From: Eledone cirrhosa
Taxonomy: Eukaryota
DNA length: 64,000 nt
Direction: 5' to 3'
Assembly: GCA_964016885.1 (NCBI GenBank)
Contig: OZ024740.1
Span: forward strand, 358,794,001-358,858,000
In this document: positions 24,516 through 39,920 of the stretch, one piece after another
Numbering within the stretch: the stretch's first letter is position 1
Layout of the letters: the number at the start of each line of letters is the position of its first letter
The notes under the pieces: generated by a model
Seen by the model: the letters and a program-made list of their open reading frames with translations, nothing else
What the model was told of the DNA's origin: nothing
Database searches by the model: none
Translations under genes and position numbers: made by a program

Positions 24516-26479
24516 GTGTGTGTGTGTTTGTGTGTGTGTATATGCGTTATAGAAACAAATTAATCCGAGCACACGTGGGAATTCTCTTATCTTTCATAAA
24601 GTGTCTTTGGTTTGTTTATTTAGTTATTCATTTTGGTTAGCGTTCTAGCAACTTTACTAATAACAACATATCTCGCTTTCTTTCCAAACTCTTTCATATA
24701 TCCTCATGTGTGTATGTATGTATTTATACATACTCAAATACACTCATACATACAAATTACATACATACATCCATATATAAGTTCATACATACACACATAT
24801 ATGGATATATGCTATATTTTAATACATATATATATTCACACATACACATGTATAGAAATATATCTGTGTGGGTGGGTGTGCGTGTGTGTGTCTTGTGTAT
24901 ATGTGTATGTGTGTGTGTGTGTATCTATGTACGTGTGTTTAAATGTATATTTGAAACGTAATTTTGTCGCATTAAATAAATGCTTATATCATGGACCAGA
25001 AGGCATAGTTTTTCGTATGGCATTAAGACGGGCAGTAATTGCTCACATATATATTTGAATGCATATCTTTGTAATGCATGTCTACCATAAATACTAGCAG
25101 TTAAAAACATTTGCATGCATGTTTATTAAATTTATCTAATCTTTAAAAATATACTTTGAGTATCACTTTTACATGGATATACGCGAAATGATATATATAT
25201 ATATATTTACACACACACATAACCCCCCCCCACACACACACACACACCCACATAACCTCCATCTGAGACGGACGTGAGGTTACGAATATTTCACTGTTGT
25301 GAAAGCGACAATGACTTGAATTCCACCCAGCATGGTTGACGCAATGGCACTGACTGCTTGACGTATTTTATCACTTTGGTGGTATTTTAAAGGCGTTTGA
25401 AGACGACTTAACGAGGATAAATTAGAGTTAATCCCCTTTGGAAATGTGGATGCAGTTAAGTTACATATCCTCTTCTCTCAGGCGATATCCTTGTAGCATC
25501 CAAGAACACATGAGAGTTTTGAGTAATTATCGATAACAAAGTAAACTGGAGTATCCAAATGATAATAAATTTGCCATGACTCGAAGAAGTTGTGCCTGGA
25601 TGCTTAGAATTTTCCTATCTATTCACACCATTGTCCTTCTCTTCCCTACCTTTTCCCGGCCCACCTTAAATACTGTTGCCCTCAGTAATCTCCCCATACT
25701 AATCAAAATATTATGAAAATTGAAGCAGCACAGATGTCAACTTAAAAAATAATAGACGGCATGTCAAGATTTGATTATTGAACTCGACTAGAAAAACGCA
25801 AACTATACTCTCTCCAACGCCATCGTCAGCGCTGCATCATGAGAAAAATATTCTATGTCTAAATGTTATTGCCATCAATTATATAGACCATACAAGGTTC
25901 GTCCCCGTGCTACCCACCCCAACAATCGACCAGGCATCACACAGTTATTTCACCTCAACTGGACCCGCTCTCTAAAATATTATACCAAAATTCATCAATT
26001 CATCTAGAGAAACAAAAATCCAATAAAATTCAAATATTCCTCAAAATATTTCGTATAAAACCTCTACAACCGGATATATTTCCGACAAAAATAACGATTT
26101 ACTGGAGGGGTGATGGAATTCAAAACATGACTGTAGTGTGAAGCACGATTTGGGCCAATACTGACCGAAGCCTATCAAAGTTTTCAAAAGTATATAAGTA
26201 TCTGCACACATACGTACACACACACGCACACACATACACATACACACACACACATATGTGTGTACGTATGTATACAGATACATATATCCTTCCAAGCATT
26301 TTGTTGAGTCAAATCTAAGTGGATATCGACATTTATAAATCTTTGTGTGTGTGTATATATATATATATACATATATATATATAAAATAATTAAGTCAAAT
26401 ATGTAAAGGTGTCGGTAAACAACCAACATATACTCAAGATTTATATATATATATACTGTGTGTTTGTTTGTGTGTGTGT

Positions 26480-27478
<999 letters not shown>

Positions 27479-27569
27479 ACACTCATCTTTTCCATTTAAA
27501 CCCCACTGGAAGGTAATATCTGTAGTGGTAGAGCACTCAGTCCATGGGACGAGTTAGGCAGAAGTTGTT

Positions 27570-27603
27570 AGCTGAGGATCCGCTAAGGTGAAACAATTGT
27601 TCT
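27570..27603 (+). ncRNA. Degenerate minimal hammerhead-like motif
   Basis: ag CUGAGGA ucc gcuaa ggu GAAACAAUUGUU cu; weak stems I and II. Confidence 0.4.
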
Positions 27604-27641
27604 CGGTATGGTGAATTAACTGTTGTGTAACCACTTCTATA

Positions 27642-27676
<35 letters not shown>

Positions 27677-27941
27677 GTATGTTATTCATACATATATATA
27701 TATATATACAAAGATTTCTAAATGCAGATTTCAGCTTAGATTTGACTGAACTTGGAAGTATGTATGTGTTATGAAAGTACGTATGTATGTGTTATGATAA
27801 TATGTCATGCAGATCAAATAAATGGAAAAGTTCTAAGGGTAAGATTTGAAAGATTGGGAAATAACCTACACCACAGAGCATTTTTATGTATTTAAAGGAA
27901 AATCAACATCTATTAGGGATTTAAACAACTTTGTTTTTTTT

Positions 27942-28023
27942 CTACGCACGTTTCAATAATGCTGCGAAACAATCCATAATCGATAATTTCGATTAATTAC
28001 TTCCACTCAACGCCTCATCAGGT
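27942..28023 (-). ncRNA. Hammerhead-like motif with long stem II
   Basis: CUGAUGA ggcguugaguggaaguaauuaaucga aauua ucgauuauggauuguuucgcagcauuauu GAAACGUGCGUA; stem I is nearly absent. Confidence 0.5.
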
Positions 28024-28544
28024 ATAATAAAGGTAAAGTATCCCATTATGTTGTATATATATGTATATATACATGAATATATATGTACTAAATTCATCTA
28101 TATATATGTATGTATATATATATATATATGTATGTATATATATATATATATATATGCCTATATATGTATATATATATATACATACATACTTGTATGTATG
28201 TATCGAGACCTGTGTACGTTGTTGCCTATTGTGTCAAGTATATTACTACATTTTAAAGGTGAAAAACTATTACAAAGATAAGACGTAATTTACATTTAGG
28301 CTTTTGAAAATAAGTTTGATTTGAAATATCTTATATCATATGGGCCATAGCGGTATTGTATTCTTATGTTATTCCCTTTCCACCCAATTGGATGAAGTTT
28401 GCAATGAAGTTTGCATTCAATTTCCCTGCAACTACAGTAAAAGTCTTCTCTAATTCCGATTTTACCAATGTCTTGTCAACGGAATTTTGAAGGCGAACAC
28501 TGCGTGAAAGTGCATTCTATGAATGCATTTAATCGAGCGCGCAC

Positions 28545-28590
<46 letters not shown>

Positions 28591-28632
28591 GCGCACACAC
28601 GCACACACACGCACACACGCACACACACACAC

Positions 28633-28695
<63 letters not shown>

Positions 28696-28715
28696 CACAC
28701 GCACACACACACACA

Positions 28716-28985
28716 CGAACACAGACATATGCATGTATGTGTTCAAATCGTAATAAACCAGGAACGCTAAGGTGGAAAAAATACTAACTACAGGCAATAG
28801 GGTTTGCTAGACCCAATTTAAGAATAAATCAAGAATTTCTGGTCCATTACGATTTGAACGCATACATGCATATGTCTGTGTTCGTTTTTCCTTTTTGTTC
28901 AGTTATACTATACGGCTTGGAAAAACCTTTTTCCTAGAGCTAAGTTTACTGTAATGAGACTATTTTGAGTTTCTAACTCAATACA
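28716..28985. repeat. Second copy of the 5292-5576 repeat, with internal inverted repeat
   Basis: cgaacacagacatatgcatgtatgtgttcaaatcgtaat is inverted at attacgatttgaacgcatacatgcatatgtctgtgttcg. Confidence 0.8.
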
Positions 28986-28991
28986 TGCTTT

Positions 28992-29057
<66 letters not shown>

Positions 29058-29069
29058 TGGGGTGTATGT

Positions 29070-30590
29070 GTGTGTCGATCTTCGTCCCCTTATTTTGGGG
29101 AGGTTCGTGGAGGCAGGGTGGTCAAGCGGGTCCTGTCAGAAGCAACCGTCTCCAGGCAGGGTCTCCTGCCCGTAAAATCGGTTAAGAGTTCTTTACGAGA
29201 CATTCTAACAACATGTCCGTAATATCGGAGCTGTTATCTCTCACTTCGGAGAAATGTCTGTTCTATCTGGAGGGACTCTCTGATCCCCAGTGACGCAATC
29301 TGTCGAGTAACGTTACTCCAAATATATTTCGGAGGAATCCCATTTCGGGCGCTCGTATTCGCGATCGTATTCTTTCGGTCATTACACAAAATATTGTTAC
29401 AAGTTTGGCCGTTACACCTAACTTCTTCCGATGACGGAGTGCTCATATCTCTTTGCCAGACACCTGGAGAAGACTTTATTGCGAAGGTTTAACAAGGAGA
29501 TATCTATAACTGAATCAATTGCTGTGTTCTCCCTTTTTGAAAATTGGGATTATCACTCATGATTTCCATTGCTTAGATGGTTTTCCAGAGACCAAGGTGA
29601 CGTGGCGCTCATGAGTCTGCCAGAGAAGACGTTCTCTGTTTAAGGTATTTAACATCTCGAGCCGAATTTCATCCTCCCCAGTGGCCTTGCCACATTTGAG
29701 CGCTTTCATTGCTCTTATGACCTCAACCTCCAAGAGTTTTGTCATTGCTCTCATATGCACCTCGTGTTGTGGCTGGGTTTAGGAGATCAGCAAAGTATTC
29801 TCTCGCCCTCACGAGGAAGTACCTCTCTGAAGAGAGGAGAACCCCAATCGCGTTCCTGATAGCAGGCGTGGAAGAGAACTTCTTATTACGATGTCATTGG
29901 ATGGTCTTCCAGAACACTTTATTTACTGATTAAGTAGAATTTCAGATTAACTCCAACGTCATCCCTTGTATTAATTTTGGACGCCTTTACTGTCTCTCCT
30001 GCAACTTTTCGCGCCTGCTTGTATAAAAAGAGCATGAAGAAGGTCTTATTTCTAAGCCAAACTTTGTAAACCTCATTCTTTGGTCGGATGGCCTCTTTGA
30101 CCACTAGATTGAACCAAGTCGTCTTTCTGCCACTTGGTGCCGCCCCAAGCTGATTTCGCCCGCAAGATTTATTCGTTGAATCAGAATCTGTCGAGCAGAT
30201 CAGCCTCCACTCCATTTCAACGTTCTCAGTTTGCTCACAGAGCTCTATGAATTTGTATACAATCGTATGCGCAAACATATTACTGTCGTCGTTATCAGTC
30301 AGCGCTACCCACTTCATCCTATATGTCGAACTGGACCTGCAAATTTTGTGCACTTTCTCGGCTTTAGCTAATTTCAGGTTGCTGATAAATAGATGGTAAT
30401 TGACATCTCAAACCCTCTCTTAACCCTCTCTATATGGGCTGGTAGGAGTTACCATCCGTCTTCGAGAATGCCATCCCTTAACTATACCCTGCTGCACGGA
30501 TCAAAAAGTACTAATCTATTAGTCGTCGGCCAGACAAGTCAGTCTACCGTGACGGTAGGTGTAGGAAAGGAGGACTAGAAGAATGTAAAA
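29070..30590 (-). mobile_element. RTE-clade LINE relic, internally deleted
   Basis: TTWFNLVVKEAIRPK, ALKCGKATGEDEIRLEML..WKS*VIIPIFKKG, then C-terminal IRESLQIEQTFLRSER..GHV.RM. Confidence 0.8.
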
Positions 30591-30610
30591 TTTTAAAATA
30601 GAAAAACTGA

Positions 30611-30803
30611 TAATAATTGTTTCTACATTTGGCACACGGCCAGTAATTTTCCCAGTGCATTACTGGTACTTTATTTTATCGACCCCGTAAGGATGAAAGA
30701 CAAAGTTAACCTCGGCGGGATTTGAAATCAGAATGGCAGGGCCGTAACTCTATGCGTCAAAGCATGGCGTCCGACCCTCTACCGATACTGCCAATATCGC
30801 CTA
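30611..30803 (-). mobile_element. tRNA-derived SINE, full length
   Basis: Box A/B-like head (tggcagtatcgg..., gatttcaaatccc) plus the conserved body. Confidence 0.9.
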
Positions 30804-31050
30804 GAAATGAATAGGGGTTATAAATAGATATAACAAGATACAAACAATTATAAAGGTTGTAAGATTACATGAATAATTAGAATTATGAGATTAAGGTATT
30901 TTCAAAAAACTATAGTTTACTAGAACTTACAAAAGTATGTGCTAAATTTGTGTTAAATAAAGGCACTTATTTTTTTAATTCCAATGGCCAGGATTTATGA
31001 AAGTATATTACTGGAAGAAGAAGGGGTTATCAAGCTATTTCGTATGTATA

Positions 31051-31941
31051 CGAGGTGTGACAGATAAGTTCCAGGACTGATGTCACAAAAGATCTAGTTC
31101 AAACCCAACCTTCACACTAAGAGTTTTCTCCTTCAAAGTAATCCCCCTGGAGTATGTAACTAATCTTAGCTCTCTGCAGCGATCAAACTTCTTTCTTCAT
31201 AATTGTATATACATGTCCTCTGTTTCAGGTCGTCAAGCAATGAGCACAGAGCAACGAACAAACTTGAAGTTTCTGGTACGGTTGGGGAAAACTCCGTCAG
31301 AAGCACTGGGATTGCTGCAGCAAGTGTGTGGAGATGAGACGATGTCACGCTCACGTGTTTTTGTGTGATGTAAGATGACCCCAGGAGCGTAAGGCCCTCA
31401 ACAACCAGGACTGAGGTCAACGTTGAGCGCGTCAGGCAGATGGTGCGAAGGGATCGTCGGCTGACTATTCGACTGATGGCAAATGACAAATGAGCTGGAC
31501 ATGAATCGGGACAGCATCTGGAAGATTCTCACTGAAGATTTGGACATGCGGAAAGTCTGCGCGAAGATGGTGTCAAAACTGCAAAAAGATGACCAGAAGG
31601 GTCGACGCATGCAAGTGTGCAAGGACATCCTCGAGCGTCTTGAAACTGAACTAGACTTGCTAGGGACAGTCATCACCGGTGATGAGTCATGGATCTTCGA
31701 GTACGACTCGGAGGGGACTCGTTTTGAAGACGTGGACGACATCAAAAAGGCCGTGACGACGGAACTGCGGAGGATCCCGGAAGAATCGTTCCGGGAGTGC
31801 ATGCAAGCGTGGCAGAAAAGGATGGAAAAGTGCATTAGACTCCAGGGGGATAACTTTGAAGGAGAAAACTCTTAGTGTAGAGTTTGGGTTTGAAATAAAT
31901 CTTTTGTGACATCAGTCCTGGAACTTTTCTGACACAGCTCG
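31051..31941 (+). mobile_element. Mariner (Tc1/mariner) DNA transposon, internally deleted, ~105-bp TIRs, TA target
   Basis: TA|cgaggtgtgacagataagttccaggactgatgtcacaaaagat ... atcttttgtgacatcagtcctggaacttttctgacacagctcg|TA. Confidence 0.95.
31240..31875 (+). pseudogene. Defective mariner transposase
   Basis: MSTEQRTNLKFLVRLGK..., MRKVCAKMVSK, VITGDESWIFEYD fused directly to GTRFEDVDDIK...CIRLQGDNFEG; the central catalytic region is deleted. Confidence 0.92.
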
Positions 31942-32341
31942 TATATGTGTGCTCACCACATAGCATCACTCTGAGAATCTCACTAAATCTACACGTGTTG
32001 GCAGCAAACGTTAATTTCGTGAGTTGCAATTTACTTGGTCGAATCAGTGAATGCTCATCGTAGCTCAAGTCGATAATTCATCACAACTTATGGCCATATA
32101 TGCACGTTATAAAGGTATATACGCACTCTCCTACAGTTATTTAGACACGTGCAAATGATGATGGACATTGGCACACACAGTTACACGTGAGAATATATAC
32201 GTATGTATGTATGTATGCATGTATGTTTTTTCGTGCTTCTGCATGATTTTATGTATGTATGTTTATGTATGGATGGATGTAGACGCATATGTATACTTTC
32301 TTCTATTTTTGTGGAGTTAATTATATAATCATTTATTACTT

Positions 32342-32466
<125 letters not shown>

Positions 32467-33751
32467 GTGTATTCGTGTGCGCTTATGTATGTAAATTAAA
32501 CCAATAGAAAATAAAGATACCAATTATACTACATAAAGGAAATATAGTCTAGATGCTTCGGTGTCTTTGTTAGCTGTTGTTGATTTCAAGACACTCATTT
32601 AGGCATACAGTATATAGTAACTGTTGGCGCCTCAAGGGTTTGGCAAATAAATCGAACAGAAATGGACAGCGGAACGAACTGTTGACAATTTGAAACATTC
32701 AATGCTTTACTAAGAGAACATAGTAAGTTATGACACTGAAATAATTGTCAAGATGTATTATGAGTACAATTAATTTTTTGCATATCAGAGATATATAATC
32801 ACTGAAATTGCACAACGTATCAACAGATTGTTGGTGCTATGATTTGGATGCTGTCAAACGAAGTATTTCCCATAGATGTGTGGTCATAAACAATTAATAG
32901 TACCATCCCATCATTTGAGATTGAGCGGAGGTGAAAGCACATCGCACACAATTTCCATGAGGATTTGGAACCTGACAATAACTTCCAAGATAGTGTAGAC
33001 GAAAAGGAGTCAGTGAGAGAAAGAGACATAAATAAGATTTTGACAATTAATTTTATTTTAACCAATATATGGTGTCAACAAATATACTTTAAGATAATAA
33101 ACTGATATGGTTTCAGAGAACAAGATAGAAACGATACACCTATAATAATAAAAGTTACGATGATATAATGCCTACATTGTGGACAGATTAGAGGAAGTAA
33201 ATAACGCAATTAAGTTAAACAAAATATAGCAGACGAGATCTATAAATGATTGGTGGACTAATTAGCTAATTCACTGGCTCAGTTGTCACTGACTTCATAT
33301 GTCATTGACATTTTATCTCATTGTTTTTCTTACACGTATCCACTTCAACTTGGTGAATCATTTTGTGTTGAAGGTAATCGGGTTGTTCATGCTATATAAA
33401 TATAACACGAACTCCTACAAATCATCGCTAGTAATGTTGCACATACAGGAATAACATTTGATTCAAATGCATTATCTCTTTGCGTGTTTGATATATATAT
33501 ATATATAGTTTTGCTAGGTTTTTGATTAGAAATCGTGTGTCGAAACAAATATTGTTATACTTGGGGAGGGTCATATTGTTGTAATAATATTGCCAGAATT
33601 AATACCAGAACACACTCAATGTTTGGTTTGTTTTCGCTTCTGTGTCTTTTATCAGCTAATTTAATTTATTCGGTCCTCAGGGTTTACCATTGACTGGCCA
33701 ACGGTCAACAATACAGATATAATATAGACACAAACACATATATATAGTCTT

Positions 33752-33790
33752 ACAAAGTTCTTTCGTTGTACATCTGCAACATCGTCAGTG
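33752..33790 (-). ncRNA. Minimal hammerhead-like motif (same stem III as 47541-47583)
   Basis: ca CUGACGA u guugca gaug uacaac GAAAGAACUU ug. Confidence 0.55.
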
Positions 33791-33889
33791 GTGCTATTAT
33801 GTTTCCTCCTGTTGTATTGTATGTCTACGCCATCTTTATTTAATCTGTTTATTTATTTATTTATTTATTTTTGTCTTCTCTGCGCGTGC

Positions 33890-34291
33890 GTTTGCGTGTG
33901 TGTATAGTGTTTGATGTGTGTTCGTGTTTGGGTGACTGTGTTTTGGTTTTTGTATTCTATCTTAGTTTACTAGTGTGTGTTTATATGTGTTTGTTGTTAT
34001 TGTGCTTGTGTATGTATGTATTTATTTATTTATATTTCTCTTAGGTCAGTATTGTTTGTTTGGGTGTTGTTGTTATTCCATTCATTTTTTCTGTTTAGCT
34101 TTGGCCTTCTAAGTTCTATTTCGCTGACCTAAGAGAAATATAAATAAATAAATAAATAAATAAATACATACACAAGCACAATAGCAACAAACACATATAA
34201 ATACACACTAGTAAACTAAGATAGAAAACAATAACCAAAACACAGTCACCCAAACACGAACACACATCAAACACTATACACACACGCAAAC
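33890..34291. repeat. ~160-bp inverted repeat with ~75-bp spacer (probable PLE inverted pLTR)
   Basis: 33890-34049 is the near-identical reverse complement of 34124-34291; adjacent to an HHR motif. Confidence 0.9.
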
Positions 34292-35920
34292 AACATATAT
34301 ATATATATTTATTTATATATCTAAGCCCTTTCTGTTTATAGAATTAATGTTAAGAATTAGTTAAGCCAGCAAAAGAGATCAATGGAGATTCGTAATTTAG
34401 AGAATTCCCTAGAAATCTTTTGTTGTTCTTTATCCAAAGTCGGGCCTCTTAACATAGACATATGCTCAAAGGAATCCAGCTATAACCTACCACGTATTCA
34501 GATATATTGATCACTTACTACATTTTCCAATATGTAATTTATATGAATTAGGAACATTTTTATATTCAAGCTTAAGAGGTCGGTACATTTCGGTTTCTGG
34601 TTTATTTAATACTACTGACTCAAACATTTTCTGGCTTCATTCATTAAACAGTTGCCATGTAGTGAAACCTCCGTTAAAGGATTCAGATGATGATATCAAC
34701 CTCTGAAGTAATATATTTTATGTTTGGTAGTTATCTAAAAGATCACTTATGGTTGAACCGCCAGTTAGGAGTAAAACAAAGAGTGCTCGGACGCCCACAA
34801 ACACACAACGCCCAAACACGCCCAAACTTATAAAGACATACACACACAAATGCAAACACAAAACACAATGCAGCCTGACAAAATATATGGATAAAAAAAA
34901 ATAATAAATAAATACAAGGCATACAAAATGATTTTGTTTATTATATATATATATTTACCAGTTGTAAACAATGTATTGGAGATCGATTGACGCAACCCCA
35001 ACGAAACAATTGTCAGTACTTTAAATAAAGCCCTTTTTGTACAGCCAACCATGTTACTCTTCTTTCTTTAACTATTATTACTCCAAGTATAACCTGCATA
35101 GAAATTACCGCGAACTCGCTGCATAACTATGAAAACATCTTGTTGAGTCAAACAAAGCCGTACGTTAAAACTATCCACGACGCGGAGTACTCTAACTGGA
35201 TTACTTCTAACCGGATTACCTATAACGATAACTTGTTATCCCATATATTATCCCATAAATAGCCGTCGAAACGGCTTGAGCTCTCCCGTCGGGGTCATAC
35301 TTTTTCCTATATATATATATATATATACACATATAAACACATACATATATATGTATGTATATGCGAAAGGTAAACAGAAATAATAAAGCAGAAAATAAAG
35401 TAGAAGGAAGAAATATATTAGTTTCCTGCTTGCTATAGCAGGATAAGTGTCTTTACGAGTCGGACAGGAGATACAATAAGAAATATCAGCTGCAACAGAA
35501 AGATAGAGAGTGAGAAGAGGAAGGAAAGGGAAAAAAATAGGAGAGAAAGCATGTGTGTGTTCAGTCAGCTAAAGCGAGTGAAGTGGCAGAATATGTTAGA
35601 GCATTGCATAGAATGGTTTACTGGTTCAAATCCCATTGAGGTCAACTTTACCTTTCATCATTTCCAGGACAATAAGTACCAGCCCCGTACTTCATCAATA
35701 TCTCTTTCTCATTCCTACCCTAACTCTCTCTCTCTGGAAGAAATCGTTTGTATTCAGAACTGGAGAGGGGATAGTCTCCGCTAGGTTTAAAGTACACAAA
35801 ACTTGTTGCATATAACTACGACGCTCCTATGGAAGAACACCCTCAGGAAAAAATGTGTTCGTCTTTCGATGTGCAGACATTGAGTTTTTCTCCTTACGTT
35901 CTGTGCACACGCAGACACAC

Positions 35921-35959
<39 letters not shown>

Positions 35960-35960
<1 letters not shown>

Positions 35961-36035
35961 ATACCAGTCTGAGAATCGAACTCTCAACCTCATGATTGCA
36001 AGACCAATGCTCTAACCAGAAAGCTGTACCCCCTC
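35960..36035 (-). mobile_element. tRNA-like SINE head
   Basis: Reverse complement ggggtacagctttctggttagagcattggtcttgcaatcatgaggttgagagttcgattctc has box A/B; the acceptor stem is degenerate. Confidence 0.6.
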
Positions 36036-37142
36036 ACTCTATCTCTCTCTATATATATACATGTGTGTGTATATATATATAATGGAGGCGTATCGCGTAT
36101 ACACATAATTCATATGCATATATAGATACGTACACACACTATACAGGTATATACATATATGTTTGCGTGTGTGTGTGTTTACAGAAAATATACTCTTGAT
36201 TATTATCAACCTGCGTACAATTGCTTCTGATTTTTCCCACTCCAATAGGCATTTACTCTCCAAAATCGAATATCATTTCATTTATTTTTACTCATTACTC
36301 AAATTAATTTTAAATAATTTGTCATCATCAGATAGACATAGTAAAGAGAAATGACAACTTGAAAATATTAATGAGCTTGTTTATTCAAGTTTCAATACAA
36401 AAAGCAATTTTTTTTAGAGTAACCTCAAAAACTACAACTCGTGGATAAGGTTTACATGCTTAGCCGTAGCTTACTGTATTTCCTGTTCAAATATCATCTA
36501 TGTCAAATTTGCTTTTCGTTTCTTTGAGGGTGATAAAATAAGCATCAGTTGTATTGTTGTTCGTCTTTTTGTTTACTCCTGCTCAGCACCGACGAAACAG
36601 AACTACGTTTAAAGGAACGTCTTTCTTTCATCCACAGTTTATCTAGAACAATAGTTTCTGACGCGGCCTTCCTTTCTTTTAAAGGGAGTATGACTTAAGT
36701 GAAAGAATAATTATCATGGTATATCGGGCAATTATGCTGAGGACGACTGGCGAATAACTATGTTAAATTATTGTGCTGGTGTCGAGTCTATAGACTATGA
36801 CCACCACATACAAATGTCTATGTTTGTGCCGTACTTAGAAAATCCCACTTTCTAAAAACAAATTATAATGATTTTTCTTCACTAGACACAGGTTCGTATT
36901 TTACTTGCTTTGGCAGAGGCTAGATGATAATGGTTTGAATCTTAGTATATGTTGGTGTTTATTTAATCGATTCTGGAATAATGAAAAGCGAAAATGTACT
37001 ACAACGGGGTTTAATATCGACCGCGCTTAACACTGACTGGTAGTTTATTGAATCAATCATGAAAAGGTGAAATGCAATGTTCGTTTCTGTCTGAGTTGTT
37101 GACCTTGATTCGCAAAGGGTGTAAAAAAAATACCGCAAGTCA

Positions 37143-37197
<55 letters not shown>

Positions 37198-37209
37198 TAC
37201 ATATGTATG

Positions 37210-37263
<54 letters not shown>

Positions 37264-37640
37264 GGGAAGAAAGAAGAATACTGCGTGGTTTGCACATAGG
37301 TTACATATGATAAAAATAGTCCTTCGTCAGGGATTTTCCAACCATCATTGGTATTTCATCGCATTAAATATATATATATACTAGACCACCCGTGACCCGT
37401 TGGGTCATGTTCACTTCAAAATATTTTTTCTTTAATATTCTTTACTTAAAAATAATTTTAGATAATTAAAATATACACAGAAATGTATATAATGTGAAAT
37501 GGAACTGGAAAGCCCATATATATATGTGCGCGTATGTATATATATATATATATAAATATGTCCGTGTATACATATATATATGTGTGTGTGTATATATTTA
37601 TGTTGGTGTCTGTAATCTATATAGACTAGTCATAGACGCG

Positions 37641-37687
<47 letters not shown>

Positions 37688-38339
37688 TCATACACACACC
37701 CACCCACACACACACATGTATATATATATATATATATATATATCCAGGGGGTGTATCTTGGAGTTACTGTTTAGGTTCACTTCTGTGATGAGGTGTAGAG
37801 CTATACAGAGTGTAATATATTGATAGGATAACAAGGACGATTGGTTACTCCTTTAAAATGCTATAAGAAAATGAAATACATGCTATGTGGTAAAGACAGA
37901 AGTTCAAGAGTTTGACAATATGAGTTGTTTTGATTGGTGGGAAGGATCAACGGGATGTACTGGCCTGTAGTGTATGTGGGGGTGGATGTGATGGTGAGAT
38001 GTTGGTGACGGTCGGTGGATGAGATGGGATGTGGTGTGGTGGTGGCGGATTGGCTTTGGCCTGTAGTGTATGTGGGGGTGGATGTGATAAGATGGTGGTG
38101 ACGGTCGCTGACTGGGATGGGCTGTGGTGTGGGGGTAGTGGGTTGTCGGTAGACGGGTTGGCGTGTGTGGGGTGTGGTTGTGGTGTTGTTGTTTAGGGTA
38201 GTGGCGTTTGTGGTGGTGTGGTGGATGTGTTAGTGGTGTCGAGTCCATGGGGAGATACATACCTAGACACTCTTAGTCTGACAAATACGTTGTGTATATA
38301 TATATATATATACATGCGCATATATACTGGTGGTTTGCT

Positions 38340-39600
38340 GTTTACTAAATTAAACCACAGCAAACCACCATCTCATTCACATACAAGTCGAGAAAATTCC
38401 ACACCTAATTTGACTAACTCCCCTGATATAACATTCACGAAAGGTTATAACTGTAGAAACAAAGCAAATTGCCCATTAAAAGGAAATTGCCTTATTAATA
38501 ACCTAGTATATAAATGTAAAATTAGCACTTAAGGACTCAACTTATTCATATATAGTAGCTACTTCCAACCAATTTAAAGTAAGATTTAATACCCACAAAC
38601 ACAGTTTTAAAAATGCCGCATTAGCTAATACAACATCCTTAGCTGAAATAATTAATAATTATAGAAAAAAGAATATCGATTATAACTTGACCTGGAGTGT
38701 ACTCAAAATAATAGATATGAATGTAGATTATGTTCCCAGGAACTTTTTGAAATAATGAAATCTAAGGATATCCTATTAAATAAGCGACAAGAATTAATTA
38801 TATCATGCAATCATAGAATTAGAAACACTTTCAAATATTAGAAACCTAATTAATATACACTTATATTTTACAAATTATTATAATTAATTATTTTAAATTA
38901 GTTAACCTATAATTAATATTCTACCACTAAGAACTGCAGAATTTTATTTCCCTTTTACAGCTATCTTTTCCTAAAATTTATACCAATAAGTATACATATA
39001 AACTATTTTAATTTCCTGTTATGAATCTAAATTCCTTATAATCTATATAAGTTTGTAATTTCTCACTAATACATTTATCCGCCCCCTCCAAAAAAAAAGT
39101 TTTTCCTTCGTTTTTAACAACATTCTTTAATAACATCTAACTCTTATTTATCATATCTATATGAATTAATATAAATTTATCCCTATAAATATACCTATTA
39201 ATTAAATTAATTTAATTTCTTTTTATAGATCTATATTCCTTATGTTTTAAATAAGATTGATATTTTTCACTAACACATTTATAGTAAAATTTTATTCTCC
39301 TTAGATTTTAACATTAGAATTATTCTTTAATAACATCAAATTTTCGTGTACCTTTCACCGGCTTAATCTATTTTCATCCCCAAAGTAATCTTTTCATTCA
39401 AAATACTCTTTCCATTCAAAACTGAAGTCTGCATTCCTCTACCCCTAAATTAAATTTCTACTACTACTATTCTATCAACTTGACCACTTACTACTTTTCT
39501 ATTGGTCAATTCAAAACCTGTTCCCAAACAGACCTATTATATTAAATCTTTGTTGGTTTTTTTCAATAAACAAATATCATTATTTCTGAAGACAGCATAT
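38340..39600 (+). mobile_element. Naiad-like PLE 3' relic (Cys linker + GIY-YIG + pyrimidine/AT-rich tail)
   Basis: GYNCRNKANCPLKGNCLINNLVYKCKI*, then ATSNQFKVRFNTHKHSF..TSLAEII..YNLTWSVL, LLNKRQELIISCNHR. Confidence 0.8.
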
Positions 39601-39920
39601 ATATGTGTAGGTATGTATATTCCCTCTGATAGTTTGTAAAACATTTACATAGATCTATATGATATACATACGAACACACACATATATATCCTAGAAACGA
39701 TCGAAAAATGATGAATTTTTTAATATAAGGAACTGTTTCTTTGTTTTTTTTCATTATTTTTATTAATTTATCTTGACTCTGTTTTCCTGTGTTTTTCATC
39801 GAAAACATTTTGCGTACATCTTCTCTTTTCATGATATTTGGATTACATTGAGTTCTTCATACGAATTGGACACTACCGTATATTTTGGTAGATTTATCTA
39901 TATATATATATATATATAAG

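Noticed and set aside
37283-37331. Minus-strand CTGACGA motif
   Set aside because: GAAA is replaced by CAAA and stem II pairs poorly.
39586-39610. CTGAAGA plus hairpin at the end of the Naiad-like tail
   Set aside because: No GAAA follows; at most a truncated hammerhead.
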